Shown: positions 1 through 10,263, counted from the stretch's first letter. The stretch: DNA of 32,000 nucleotides from Alkanindiges sp. WGS2144 (GCF_043950625.1 NZ_CP171007.1); one strand, 5' to 3'. Translations and numbers: made by a program. Notes: generated from the letters alone by a model not told the origin.

Positions 1-2
1 CC

Positions 3-1013
3 AGTGGTTTGCAGGCTGATACAGGCAGGGTGTTTGGCACTGCCTGTAGGGTTGACTTAAGCTTGACAGTGCTAGGCTATAAAGCTGGCCTGTTTACCGG
101 ACAGGGCGCGGCTTATGCGGGTCAGGTCATATATATTGAGCTATTACCCCCGGACAGTTTTTTAAAGCCTTTAGCCTACCTTGATATACACTCTCCCTGT
201 TTGCCCAGACGCTCAAAGACCAGCCACAAAGGCAGCAATGGTCATGTGCTGGTGATCGGAGGTAATGAGAATATGGGTGGTGCTGCTATTCTGTCTGCTG
301 AGGCAGCATTGGCAGTGGGTGCCGGCAAAGTTACCCTGCTTACTCACTCCAGGCATCATGGGGCTGTTTTGTCCCGTTGCCCCAATATAATGTTGCTGGG
401 TTTTCCTGCTGTTGAGCAGTTCAAGCCGGAATGGGCAGATCATATTAGCCAGGGTATGGATTGTGTGGCGATGGGCATGGGGCTTGGACGTGATGAGTGG
501 GCAAAGGCTATCTGGCAGGCCTTTTTACCGTTGCTTGAACAGAAAAACCATATTCAAAAAGTAGTGCTGGATGCTGATGCCTTATGGCATTTGGCAGATG
601 AGCAACATATAGAGCCTGAGCTACATTCGCACTGTTATTGCACGCCGCATCCGGGCGAAGCAGCCCGGTTACTAGGTACGAATACGGTAGCGGTTGAGCA
701 GGATCGTATTGCCGCTATTTACGCCTTGCAGAGAAAGTATGGGGGCAACTGGCTGCTGAAAGGGGCTGGCAGCCTGAGTCTGGATCAGCACAGTTTAACA
801 ATATGTGGGCTGGGCAATCCTGGAATGGCAACGGCGGGCATGGGCGATATACTGGCAGGTATGGCAGCTGGTTTACTGGCGCAACTGCCTGATATGGCTT
901 TACATGAGGTAGTTGCCTTACATGCTGCTGCCGGTGACCTGTTGGCACAAGCTGGTGAGCGCGGCATACAGGCTACTGACATGCTGGGCGTGCTCAGGCA
1001 GGTGGTCAACTAA
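3..1013 (+). CDS. nnr: Bifunctional NAD(P)H-hydrate repair enzyme Nnr (YjeF), 5' truncated by the window edge; the end of the epimerase domain plus the complete ADP-dependent dehydratase domain are present
   Basis: The frame is open to the window start. SGLQADTG...LTVLGYKAGLFTG aligns with the end of the E. coli YjeF N-domain. SHKGSNGHVLVIGGNENMGGAAILSAEAALAVGAGKVTLLT, TPHPGEAARLLG, LLKGAGS and GNPGMATAGMGDILAG align with the YjeF C-terminal kinase-fold domain. Confidence 0.9.
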   Translation, partial: SGLQADTGRVFGTACRVDLSLTVLGYKAGLFTGQGAAYAGQVIYIELLPPDSFLKPLAYLDIHSPCLPRRSKTSHKGSNGHVLVIGGNENMGGAAILSAEAALAVGAGKVTLLTHSRHHGAVLSRCPNIMLLGFPAVEQFKPEWADHISQGMDCVAMGMGLGRDEWAKAIWQAFLPLLEQKNHIQKVVLDADALWHLADEQHIEPELHSHCYCTPHPGEAARLLGTNTVAVEQDRIAAIYALQRKYGGNWLLKGAGSLSLDQHSLTICGLGNPGMATAGMGDILAGMAAGLLAQLPDMALHEVVALHAAAGDLLAQAGERGIQATDMLGVLRQVVN

Positions 1014-1028
1014 CAACTGAAATAATAC

Positions 1029-1574
1029 CTAGCGCCGCCTTGCCCCACGGGTTCTACCGCGAGCCATGCCGCTACCAATCATATTCATTACCGCGAGCCG
1101 GTTTAAGCTGCCGGAGGTGTGGGCGTGGCAAATGGCACAGGCCAGCGCATCGGCAGCATCGGCCTGCGGTTTAATGCTTAAGCTGAGCAGGCGCATAACC
1201 ATCATTTGTACCTGTTCCTTATCGGCAGCGCCATAGCCTACCACTGACTGTTTAATTTGCCGTGCCGTGTACTCTGCCACTGTCAGGTTCTGATTTACCA
1301 GTGCGGTAATCGCCGCGCCCCGTGCCTGTCCAAGCTTTAAGGCAGAGTCCGGGTTTTGTGCCATAAATACCTGTTCAACTGCTGCTTCGGTAGGCTGGTG
1401 AAAATCTACAATACGGCTGATCCCATCAAAAATCCGCTTGAGCCGTTCGGGTAGATCCATGGTTTCAGTACGGATGGTGCCAGCATCGACAAACAGCAGT
1501 TTGGAGCCTTCTTTTTCAATAATGCCATAGCCGGTTAAGCGTGATCCCGGGTCAATCCCAATAATTAATGGCAT
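1029..1574 (-). CDS. ruvC: Crossover junction endodeoxyribonuclease RuvC
   Basis: [19 protein letters not shown]... matches the RuvC N-terminus (E. coli MAIILGIDPGSRVTGYGVI). The start is placed at the third codon of the tracked ORF because AAAGG lies 7 nt upstream of it. Length is 181 aa. Confidence 0.93.
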   Translation of the reverse strand: MPLIIGIDPGSRLTGYGIIEKEGSKLLFVDAGTIRTETMDLPERLKRIFDGISRIVDFHQPTEAAVEQVFMAQNPDSALKLGQARGAAITALVNQNLTVAEYTARQIKQSVVGYGAADKEQVQMMVMRLLSLSIKPQADAADALACAICHAHTSGSLNRLAVMNMIGSGMARGRTRGARRR

Positions 1575-1697
1575 GACCATCCTTTAAAAATCTTAAACTG
1601 CCCTTATTTTTACACAGAATACATCAGTTTTGCTGCGTGAAATGATCAGGCTTTGCATTAAACTGCAAATCGCCTGATTTTTAGTGGAAGAAAATAA

Positions 1698-2252
1698 ATG
1701 ATCAAGCCGTTGTTGTTGCTGTTAGTGGGTATTGTGATTGAGGTGATTGTCTGGGTGACGCTGGCACAGTTTATGAGTGGCTGGTGGATTGTACTGTGGA
1801 CTATAGGAACCTTCATCCTTGGTCTTAAGGTACTGCGTGGTAGCGCGTCCAGCATTATGCCCCAGCTACAGCAAATGCAGGTTACCGGACAAATGAGTGC
1901 CGAACCAAAAGTACAGACTAATCTGGCAAGAGCACTAGCAGGCTTTTTACTCTTATTGCCAGGCGTGCTCAGTGACATTCTGGCCTTGCTTATGCTCATT
2001 CCAGCGGTTCAGACTGCCTTGCGCGGTGCATTGCTGAAAACCATGCTTAAACGTCAGCAGGCCATGATGCAAAATGTCATGAGTGGGATGGGAATGGGTG
2101 GGCAGTCTGACATGATGAATGACCTGATGCGTCGTATGAATGAAATGAATGGACAGGCTGATACAGGCAACAACCGTCGCCCTACAGTCATTGATGGTGA
2201 AGCGCGGACAGTTGAGCCAGAAGTAAAGCGCATCAAGCCTGCAAATGATTAA
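1698..2252 (+). CDS. fxsA: FxsA-family cytoplasmic membrane protein with a Met-rich C-terminal tail
   Basis: There are two N-terminal hydrophobic helices and the FxsA signature region LAGFLLLLPGVLSDILALLMLIP (compare E. coli LLLLLPGFFTDFLGLLLLLP). The tail is not conserved with E. coli. Confidence 0.8.
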   Translation: MIKPLLLLLVGIVIEVIVWVTLAQFMSGWWIVLWTIGTFILGLKVLRGSASSIMPQLQQMQVTGQMSAEPKVQTNLARALAGFLLLLPGVLSDILALLMLIPAVQTALRGALLKTMLKRQQAMMQNVMSGMGMGGQSDMMNDLMRRMNEMNGQADTGNNRRPTVIDGEARTVEPEVKRIKPAND

Positions 2253-2299
2253 CAGTTGCAGGCTCGTACAAAGAAAGTATGAGTAAAATGAACAGACAC

Positions 2300-2974
2300 T
2301 CAGTCTTCGGTTTGAGTGTCGTAAATTAAAATAGCCTTGCCTTCGGTTTCAATCATGCCTTGCTCTTCGAGCGACTTTAACACCCGGCCCACCATTTCAC
2401 GCGAGCAACCGACCAGCCGGCCAATTTCCTGACGGGTAATACGGATCTGGCGACCATTGGGCAAAATCATGGCTTCCGGTTGGGCAGCCAAATCCAGCAG
2501 GCAGCGCGCAATGCGCCCTGTGACATCAATAAAGGCAAGGTCAGTGACTTTACGTGTGGTGTTGCGCAAGCGGCGTACCAGCTGGGCAAACACAGCATAG
2601 CTTAGGTCAGGATAGATCTTGGATAACTCGTGAAAGGTATCATAGCTAATTTCAGCGATCTCACACATGGCGCGGGTACGGACTTCGGCAGAGCGCTGTG
2701 ATTTTTCTTCAAAAAGACCCATTTCCCCAAAGAAATCACCAGCATTTAAATAAGCCACCACAATTTCACGTTCTTCACCTTCTTCAATAATAATCGACAC
2801 CGAGCCTTTTAGGATTAAGTAAAGTGATGATGATTCGGCACCTGCCTCAACAATGGTAGTGCGGTTGGGATAGCGGCGAATTTGCGCGTGCTTGAGCAGT
2901 GTCCTTAGTGAAGCAGGCAACTGCATGGGTGAAAACACATCGGTACTTAACGAAGAGCTGGAAGACGCATACAT
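2300..2974 (-). CDS. crp: cAMP receptor protein, CRP/Vfr family transcriptional regulator
   Basis: The cNMP-binding region (LYLILKGSVSIIIEEGEEREIVVAYLNAGDFFGEMGLFE...RSAEVRT) and the C-terminal HTH (ITRQEIGRLVGCSREMVGRVLKSLEEQGMI) align closely with CRP/Vfr. The start is chosen at MYASSS (GGGGA about 10 nt upstream) rather than the tracked 3022. Confidence 0.9.
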   Translation of the reverse strand: MYASSSSSLSTDVFSPMQLPASLRTLLKHAQIRRYPNRTTIVEAGAESSSLYLILKGSVSIIIEEGEEREIVVAYLNAGDFFGEMGLFEEKSQRSAEVRTRAMCEIAEISYDTFHELSKIYPDLSYAVFAQLVRRLRNTTRKVTDLAFIDVTGRIARCLLDLAAQPEAMILPNGRQIRITRQEIGRLVGCSREMVGRVLKSLEEQGMIETEGKAILIYDTQTED

Positions 2975-3131
2975 AGAAAAATTCCCCAAAAGTGAATGCC
3001 TCAAACCATTACCGTCATGCAATATTGACTAAAAGTTGATGTGCTTGCATTAATACTGAATATCATCCATGCAATATTTATGCTAGGGTAGAGGCAAGTC
3101 CTAACTTTAAAACCTTTATGCAGGAGTTGCA

Positions 3132-3566
3132 ATGCACGCCAGTGTCCGTTGGCTTGAAAATGTTGCTTTTGAAGCGAAATCCGCAAGTGGCCATCAGATT
3201 GTGATGGACGGCTCAGCCGAATATGGCGGTGAAAACCGTGGCGCACGTCCCATGGAGTTGATATTAATGGGACTTGGTGGGTGTGCTTCCTTTGATATTG
3301 TGACCATTTTAAAAAAAGCACGTCAGGACATTAGTGATGTGCGCTGCGAGCTTCGCGCCGAGCGTGCCGATACTATCCCAGCGGTATTTACTAAAATCCA
3401 CCTGCATTTTTTGGTGAGTGGCCGCAAGGTTAAGCCCAATCAGGTTGAAAAAGCGGTGCAGCTGTCTGCTGAAAAATATTGCTCGGCCAGCAAAATGCTG
3501 AGTGATGGTGGAGTAGAAATTAGCCACGACTTTGAAATTATCGATATTGACACAGGTGTTGAATAA
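3132..3566 (+). CDS. OsmC/YhfA-family protein (peroxiredoxin-like fold)
   Basis: It is 144 aa. RPMELILMGLGGCASFDIVTILKK and AEKYCSASKML give the two-Cys pattern of the OsmC family. It is divergent from crp, as yhfA is in E. coli. Confidence 0.8.
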   Translation: MHASVRWLENVAFEAKSASGHQIVMDGSAEYGGENRGARPMELILMGLGGCASFDIVTILKKARQDISDVRCELRAERADTIPAVFTKIHLHFLVSGRKVKPNQVEKAVQLSAEKYCSASKMLSDGGVEISHDFEIIDIDTGVE

Positions 3567-3598
3567 GCATTAACCATTTTGTTTTTATAAAATAATAT

Positions 3599-3621
3599 CA
3601 GGCTGCTCAGGCAGCCTTTTA
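3599..3621 (+). terminator. Rho-independent terminator after the OsmC-family gene
   Basis: GGCTGC-TCAG-GCAGCC hairpin (3601-3616) followed by TTTTAT. Confidence 0.6.
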
Positions 3622-3662
3622 TATTCGTTGTTAGGCAGCGTGCTTGTAGTGTCCAGCATTGC

Positions 3663-4448
<786 letters not shown>

Positions 4449-4580
4449 TTATCACAAATAGCTGCTGGCAAATTACTCTGTTTGAATGCTTGCCGGTATG
4501 GTCAATAGCATAGCGTACCGAATTTATTCTATAGTGAATAAATTTTTATTGTCTCTTTATTTATAAGGGGTTTAATTGTA

Positions 4581-5261
4581 GTGGCAGGTGCAAACATTCA
4601 ATCCATCCTGTTTGATCTTGATGGTACCCTCACTGATCCAAAGGTCGGCATTACCACCTGTATCCGTCATGCCTTAACCAGCCTTGGTACCTCATGCGGT
4701 GGTCAGGAGCTGGACTGGTGCATTGGTCCTCCTCTGATCCAGTCATTTACCAGCCTGCTAGATACCCAGAATCCTGCTGTGCTCAATCAGGCACTGCTGT
4801 TATACCGGGAGCGTTTCGCCACTGTGGGATTATATGAAAATCAGCTATATCCTGAGGTGAAAACAGGCTTGCAACAATTAATGCGGGCTGATTTTAAGTT
4901 GTATCTGGCCACCTCCAAGCCACATGTATATGCCCGGCAGATTTTGCAGTATTTTCAGCTGGGGCAATTTTTTACCGCGATTCATGGCAGCGAGCTTAGC
5001 GGTGAGCGAACCGATAAAACTGAGCTGGTAGGCTATATTATTGAGCAGGAGAAATTGGATCCGGAGCGATGTGTGATGGTAGGTGATCGTTGTTATGATA
5101 TTGCTGGCGCAAAAAATAACCACATAACCAGCGTTGCTGTCGGCTATGGTTATGGTTCTGCCACCGAGCTAAGAGAGGCAGAACCGGACTACACTTTTCA
5201 AGAATTTAGCGCGGTTGTGGCGTTTTTATTGCAAGCAAAAAGCAAGGCATTATGTGGTTAA
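4581..5261 (+). CDS. HAD-IA family hydrolase (phosphatase, substrate unknown)
   Basis: HAD motif I ILFDLDGTLTD sits near the N-terminus, LATSKP is motif II-like, and MVGDRCYDIAGAK is motif III/IV. A GTG start is inferred because no ATG lies upstream of motif I. Confidence 0.8.
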   Translation: MAGANIQSILFDLDGTLTDPKVGITTCIRHALTSLGTSCGGQELDWCIGPPLIQSFTSLLDTQNPAVLNQALLLYRERFATVGLYENQLYPEVKTGLQQLMRADFKLYLATSKPHVYARQILQYFQLGQFFTAIHGSELSGERTDKTELVGYIIEQEKLDPERCVMVGDRCYDIAGAKNNHITSVAVGYGYGSATELREAEPDYTFQEFSAVVAFLLQAKSKALCG

Positions 5262-5287
5262 GAAAAATGGCAATACCAGTCAACCCG

Positions 5288-5755
5288 TTAAAACAATGGC
5301 TTGACCACCACCAAGATAATAATGATGACCAAGGCAAGGGTGGGGACTTCATTAAAAAAGCGCCAGAACACATGGCTTTTATAATGTGCATTATTGATCA
5401 GTTTTTTACGGTAATAACCACATAACAAATGATAAGCCACCAAAAAACCGACCAGGGCAATTTTTAAATAAAACCATAAGGCACTATGGTAGTTTTGGTA
5501 GGGGTCGCCAATGTCCACCAGAAAATGGCCGGTAATAATTACGCCAATGAGAGACGGCCACATAATGCCACGATACAGTTTGCGCTCCATAATCTCAAAG
5601 CGCTGGTGGCTCAACGTATCATCACTCATGGCGTGATATACAAATAGCCGTGGCAAGTAAAACAGGGCAGCGAACCAGCATACAATGGCAATAATATGCA
5701 GGGCTTTTATCCATAAAAAGCTTTGTGGCATCAGGGTTTCTACAGCCATTGGCAA
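5288..5755 (-). CDS. hemJ: Protoporphyrinogen IX oxidase HemJ (UPF0093/CopD-like membrane protein)
   Basis: WIKALHIIAIVCWFAALFYLPRLFVYH is the hallmark HemJ N-terminal helix and there are four hydrophobic segments. An alternative start lies at 5731 (MPQSFLW). Confidence 0.8.
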   Translation of the reverse strand: MPMAVETLMPQSFLWIKALHIIAIVCWFAALFYLPRLFVYHAMSDDTLSHQRFEIMERKLYRGIMWPSLIGVIITGHFLVDIGDPYQNYHSALWFYLKIALVGFLVAYHLLCGYYRKKLINNAHYKSHVFWRFFNEVPTLALVIIIILVVVKPLF

Positions 5756-5880
5756 AATTCCAGCCTTAAAAAATTTAACAGGGAATGGGTTGGCAAGCCG
5801 CTTATTTCAAACGGGTAAAGCATCAGAGCAGCAGGACTGTTTTAGGGTTTCACCATTTTACTGCTTTGCTACTGGCGCAT

Positions 5881-7107
5881 TTAACTGTTCCAGCGTCTAA
5901 TAATTAGACTGGCATTGGTGCCACCAAAACCAAAGCTGTTGCTCATCACAGTATTTAGCTGGGTTGGGCGAGTTTTTTGCACAATATCAAAACTGGCGGC
6001 TTCCGGGTCAAGCTGGCTAATATTAATCGAAGGCGCAATAAAACTGTCCTGCATCATCAACAGGCAATAAATAATTTCCTGTACCCCGGCAGCACCCAAG
6101 CTGTGGCCAGTCATGGATTTGGTGGAACTGATGGGCGGGCATTTTTCGCCGAACACTTCCTTAATGGCTTTAAGCTCGGCAATGTCGCCAATCGGCGTAC
6201 TGGTGCCATGTGTGTTGATATAATCAATTTTTTCTACATCATGCTGGCGAGCTTCATCCAGTGCCATTTGCATACAGCGCACTGCGCCTTCACCACTTGG
6301 TGCCACCATGTCATAACCATCACTACTGGCGCCATAGCCTACAATTTCGGCCAGGATATTGGCACCACGGGCCTGCGCATGCTCCAGTGATTCAACCACC
6401 ACCACACCACCGCCACCCGCAATGACAAAGCCATCCCGATCAACCGAATAAGGGCGAGACGCAGTTTCTGGCTGATCATTAAAATTGCTGCTCATGGCGC
6501 CCATGGCATCAAACAGAATAGACTGTGTCCAGTGATCTTCTTCACCGCCAGCCGCCAGCATTAAATCCTGTTTGCCCAGTTGAATCAGTTGTGCAGCATA
6601 CCCAATGGCATCGGCAGAGGTTGCACAAGCTGATGAAATACTATGACTAATGCCCTGTAACTTTAGCCCCAAGCCAATAGTTGCGGTAATTGTATTGCTC
6701 ATATTGCGGGGCACGAGCGTTGCACCCACCTTACGTGCGCCTCTTTCACGCAAAATATCTGCGGCTTCCACAATGGTTGCCGTTGACGCGCCACCTGTAC
6801 CACCGACCACGCCATAACGCGGATTCTGTCCAATCTGTTCAGGACTTAAACCAGCATCGTTTAAGGCATCAAGCGCCGATAAATAAGCAAATGCTGAGGC
6901 ATCACCCATAAAACGCTTTAATTTTCGATCAATCACTGAAAAATCAGCAGAAGCTGAGGCACTGACCTGGCTACGCATGCCCAGCTCGGCGTATTTTTCA
7001 TTAAATCTGGTACCGGAAATACCTTGTTGGAGCGCCCTGGTCACACTTTGTCGATCATTTCCCAAGCAGGAGTAAATACCTAATCCAGTAATGACAACAC
7101 GAGTCAT
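5881..7107 (-). CDS. fabB: 3-oxoacyl-ACP synthase I (FabB)
   Basis: It is near-colinear with E. coli FabB: [17 protein letters not shown], active-site [42 protein letters not shown] and [13 protein letters not shown]. The start at 7107 has AGGA 8 nt upstream; the tracked 5' extension to 7140 is rejected. Confidence 0.93.
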   Translation of the reverse strand: MTRVVITGLGIYSCLGNDRQSVTRALQQGISGTRFNEKYAELGMRSQVSASASADFSVIDRKLKRFMGDASAFAYLSALDALNDAGLSPEQIGQNPRYGVVGGTGGASTATIVEAADILRERGARKVGATLVPRNMSNTITATIGLGLKLQGISHSISSACATSADAIGYAAQLIQLGKQDLMLAAGGEEDHWTQSILFDAMGAMSSNFNDQPETASRPYSVDRDGFVIAGGGGVVVVESLEHAQARGANILAEIVGYGASSDGYDMVAPSGEGAVRCMQMALDEARQHDVEKIDYINTHGTSTPIGDIAELKAIKEVFGEKCPPISSTKSMTGHSLGAAGVQEIIYCLLMMQDSFIAPSINISQLDPEAASFDIVQKTRPTQLNTVMSNSFGFGGTNASLIIRRWNS

Positions 7108-7390
7108 ATTTATAATCCTAAAGGTCAATGAAAAAATCAAAGTGCTGCTGATCAGTACAATAAACCAGCCAGACCTTAAAATAAGGTGAGGCTTCTATAA
7201 TACAAAAAAAATTTGTACAAACCAAAATATGGCTTAAACATCAGCAGATAGTAATAACACAGCAATAACGTATCTTGCACAGAATACGACATAAACCCTA
7301 TGACCAGCAGTTGCGATGCCGCAAAACTCCCTGCTATTGTAGCTTTAATCAAAACAATTGTTTAGATCGCAATAGCATGAGGAAACCGTA

Positions 7391-8881
7391 ATGACCGACG
7401 CAGTTGACAGCCTGCAAACCAAACAGGAGGCACCTACTGATGCAACTGCGCATGACTTACTGGATAGCCTGCGTACAGGCAGCAAAAGTCTATCAGATTT
7501 TGGGCAAAAGCTGCTAAAGCAGTTGGCTAAAAACTCAGTGAGCCGTTTAACACAACTTCCTGAACAACATAGTGTGATTAATATGAATATTGATACCCAG
7601 ATTGCAAACCCCAACAATTCTTTAACTGGCAATGCAGGGCAGTTGTTTCGCCAGCAACTTCCTGGTGTAACCCGTAAGCTATTGGGCAAGCGTTTTAATA
7701 CCGTCAATAAGGTTGCCACCCTGGTTATGCCGGCAGGTAGTTTTGACAAAGTTTCCGATCAGGTTCTGGAGCTGTTAGCAGATTTTGCCTCAACCTTAAG
7801 TGACAAAAACCAGGTTTTAGAAGAGGCTGGAGTAAGCTCCTTAGAAGAATTACAAGGGGATACTGGCCGCTCTGGTCGCCTGGCACGGGCACTGGGTGAA
7901 AAAAACCGTTATATTGCCATGGCGCAAGGTGCTGTTAGTGGCGCTACTGGAATTGTGGGAGCGGCAGCGGATATTCCCCTGTCCATGGTTCTGGTATTCC
8001 GTACTGTCTACTTAACTGGCCGGGCTTATGGATTTGAGTTGAATCGCCCTGAAGACCGTCATTTGATATTCAAGGCACTGGCTGATATAGACCTTAGCTT
8101 GATTGCCGAAAAGCAGGCTATTTTATTAGGCTTAGGTAGCCTCAGTACCATGCTGGGCACTGGAAACCTGCAAGGCTTGCAAGGTTTATTGGGTTCCAAC
8201 AATGATATTGACCCGCTGCTTAAGTTGATATCTGACCCCAATGGACAGCTTAAATGGCGTATCAGTCCAACCATCATTAATAAACTGACACCCCTACTGG
8301 GTGGTGCGGTAGGCGTTCTCTATAATGGGCGCTTATTAAAAGATGTCAGTGAGAGTGCTAAAAAAGTATTTGAGCAGGCGCGTCAGCAAGGAGTTGGGCA
8401 GACTAATACTCAATCGGCTGCCATTGAAGACAAGATTATTAATCCCGAAACACCAGATAGCAAAGAAGAACAGCAAGCCCAGCAGGAAGCACAACAAGCT
8501 GTTATAAATAATGATGAAATCGCAAAGGTGGAAATTACCAGCCGTAGCGAACATAATAGCCAGCCACAGGATGCCGCAGCACAGGATGCGCAAATTCATG
8601 ACCAGCTTGCGACACTGGCAGATGAAATGATCGATGATAAAGCCGGGGAAAATCAGCAAGAGGATAAAAAAGACTCAGCGCCTGCAAAAAAGACGACTAA
8701 GGCTACCAGTACCAAAGCCACGCGGGGCCGTGCAGAGGGCAAAACTGATAATACAGCTCAGAGCGTCGATGCGGCTAAACCTGCCCGCCGCAATAGTAAA
8801 AAAGCAGCAGGTGCGGCTGAAGATACCCAAGCTGGCACTAACAGCCAAAATACGGGTGGCAATAGTAATATCAATAAATAA
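7391..8881 (+). CDS. EcsC-family protein with a long low-complexity Q/A/K/T-rich C-terminal tail
   Basis: The core AQGAVSGATGIVGAAADIPLSMVLVFRTVYLTGRAYGFELNRPEDRHLIFKAL aligns with B. subtilis EcsC (QGGMSGTGGLLLLGADFPAMVAINLRAVQLIALSYGVEVNTPYEMM). The last roughly 170 aa are compositionally biased and probably disordered. Confidence 0.65.
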   Translation: MTDAVDSLQTKQEAPTDATAHDLLDSLRTGSKSLSDFGQKLLKQLAKNSVSRLTQLPEQHSVINMNIDTQIANPNNSLTGNAGQLFRQQLPGVTRKLLGKRFNTVNKVATLVMPAGSFDKVSDQVLELLADFASTLSDKNQVLEEAGVSSLEELQGDTGRSGRLARALGEKNRYIAMAQGAVSGATGIVGAAADIPLSMVLVFRTVYLTGRAYGFELNRPEDRHLIFKALADIDLSLIAEKQAILLGLGSLSTMLGTGNLQGLQGLLGSNNDIDPLLKLISDPNGQLKWRISPTIINKLTPLLGGAVGVLYNGRLLKDVSESAKKVFEQARQQGVGQTNTQSAAIEDKIINPETPDSKEEQQAQQEAQQAVINNDEIAKVEITSRSEHNSQPQDAAAQDAQIHDQLATLADEMIDDKAGENQQEDKKDSAPAKKTTKATSTKATRGRAEGKTDNTAQSVDAAKPARRNSKKAAGAAEDTQAGTNSQNTGGNSNINK

Positions 8882-8927
8882 GGCCAGCGGGACGACAATC
8901 ATCACTGGTTAGGCAGAAAAATTACAG

Positions 8928-8965
8928 GCTCAATATCAGGTGTGACTCTTGATATTGAGCTTTTT
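8928..8965 (+). terminator. Rho-independent terminator after the EcsC-family gene
   Basis: An 11-bp perfect stem GCTCAATATCA / TGATATTGAGC with an 11-nt loop, followed by TTTTT. Confidence 0.8.
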
Positions 8966-9061
8966 AACCTTATTAAAATATCTTCGATTGAACTGGTTTA
9001 GAGGATTTGCAATATTTCATGACTAACCCAGATTTTTTAGAATCTTAAAAGTGATGAAATC

Positions 9062-9090
9062 TTGACCCTTCATATCTAATCCTCTACAAT
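9062..9090 (+). promoter_or_regulatory. Sigma70-type promoter of the str operon
   Basis: TTGACC (9062-9067), a 17-nt spacer, then TACAAT (9085-9090). An AT-rich tract lies upstream and the promoter is about 60 nt upstream of the rpsL ATG. Confidence 0.7.
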
Positions 9091-9152
9091 TTGATGCCCT
9101 CAAAAAGGGATGAACCTTTTTGGGGTTTTTTGTTTACGGGAGAGAGTGCCTT

Positions 9153-9527
9153 ATGGCAACAACAAATCAATTGATCCGCAAGGGTCGCAGTACTTTGGTT
9201 GAAAAGTCCAAAGTTCCTGCACTAAAAGCGTGTCCACAGCGCCGTGGCGTTTGTACACGTGTTTACACCACTACCCCTAAAAAGCCAAACTCTGCCATGC
9301 GTAAAGTTTGTCGTGTGCGCTTGACTTCAGGTTTTGAAGTATCCAGCTACATTGGTGGTGAAGGCCATAACCTGCAAGAGCACAGTGTTGTTCTGATCCG
9401 TGGTGGTCGTGTTAAAGACCTGCCAGGTGTTCGTTACCACACCGTTCGTGGTTCACTGGACTGTGCCGGTGTTAAAAACCGCAATCAAAGTCGTTCTAAG
9501 TACGGTGCAAAACGTCCTAAGAAATAA
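9153..9527 (+). CDS. rpsL: 30S ribosomal protein S12
   Basis: [12 protein letters not shown]...[27 protein letters not shown](M)RK...; 124 aa. The tracked 5' extension from 9120 is rejected. Confidence 0.98.
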   Translation: MATTNQLIRKGRSTLVEKSKVPALKACPQRRGVCTRVYTTTPKKPNSAMRKVCRVRLTSGFEVSSYIGGEGHNLQEHSVVLIRGGRVKDLPGVRYHTVRGSLDCAGVKNRNQSRSKYGAKRPKK

Positions 9528-9617
9528 AAAACTGACACCGTGATGCTCAAGCCAGTCATTTGCTGATTAGGATTAATGCAAAGCGGCGTTTTTATAGTAA
9601 GGCCAGCGAACAGTACA

Positions 9618-9658
9618 ATGACACTTGTACAATCTGCTGGATCACCCTGAAGTGTCAT
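9618..9658 (+). promoter_or_regulatory. Intercistronic hairpin just upstream of rpsG; candidate S7 translational operator
   Basis: A 9-bp perfect stem ATGACACTT / AAGTGTCAT with a 23-nt loop ends 14 nt before the rpsG ATG. In E. coli, S7 autoregulates by binding a structured rpsL-rpsG intercistronic RNA. Confidence 0.4.
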
Positions 9659-9672
9659 AAAAGGTTGTTATC

Positions 9673-10143
9673 ATGCCAAGACGTCGCGTCGTCGCCGCTC
9701 GTGAAATTCTGCCGGATCCCAAGTTCGGTAGCCAAACCATCGCCAAGTTCATGAACCACGTCATGCTTGATGGTAAAAAATCTGTTGCTGAAGGTATTGT
9801 TTACGGTGCCCTTGAGCGCGTACAGGAAAAAGCAAAAGTTGAACCTGTTGAGTTCTTTGAAGCAACGCTAGAAAAAGTTCGCCCCATGGTTGAAGTTAAG
9901 GCTCGCCGTGTTGGTGGTGCTACCTATCAGGTACCTATGGAAGTACGTCCCTCCCGTCGTACCGCCCTGGCTATGCGCTGGTTGGTAGATGCTGCTGCTA
10001 AGCGTTCTGAAAAAACCATGGCACTTCGCCTTGCAGGTGAATTGCTGGATGCTGCCGAAGGCAAAGGCGCTGCCATCAAGAAACGTGAAGATGTGCACCG
10101 CATGGCAGAGGCCAACAAAGCCTTCTCGCACTACCGCTTCTAA
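9673..10143 (+). CDS. rpsG: 30S ribosomal protein S7
   Basis: [21 protein letters not shown]...[21 protein letters not shown]...AFSHYRF; 156 aa. Confidence 0.98.
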   Translation: MPRRRVVAAREILPDPKFGSQTIAKFMNHVMLDGKKSVAEGIVYGALERVQEKAKVEPVEFFEATLEKVRPMVEVKARRVGGATYQVPMEVRPSRRTALAMRWLVDAAAKRSEKTMALRLAGELLDAAEGKGAAIKKREDVHRMAEANKAFSHYRF

Positions 10144-10200
10144 GCGGACAAAACAGGCCGTTTTTAACAGGCTGTTGTCTCAACAGTCAGGAGAAAGATT

Positions 10201-10263
10201 ATGCGTACAGCTGCTCGTTTTAACATTGCCCTGCTTGCCAGTGGGAGCTTTGCCGGAATTTGA
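10201..10263 (+). CDS. Candidate 20-codon mini-ORF (MRTAARFNIALLASGSFAGI) in the rpsG-fusA spacer
   Basis: The ATG is preceded by AGGAG (10189-10193) with a 7-nt spacer. There is no homology evidence, and it may be a leader or regulatory ORF or mere coincidence. Confidence 0.25.
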   Translation: MRTAARFNIALLASGSFAGI

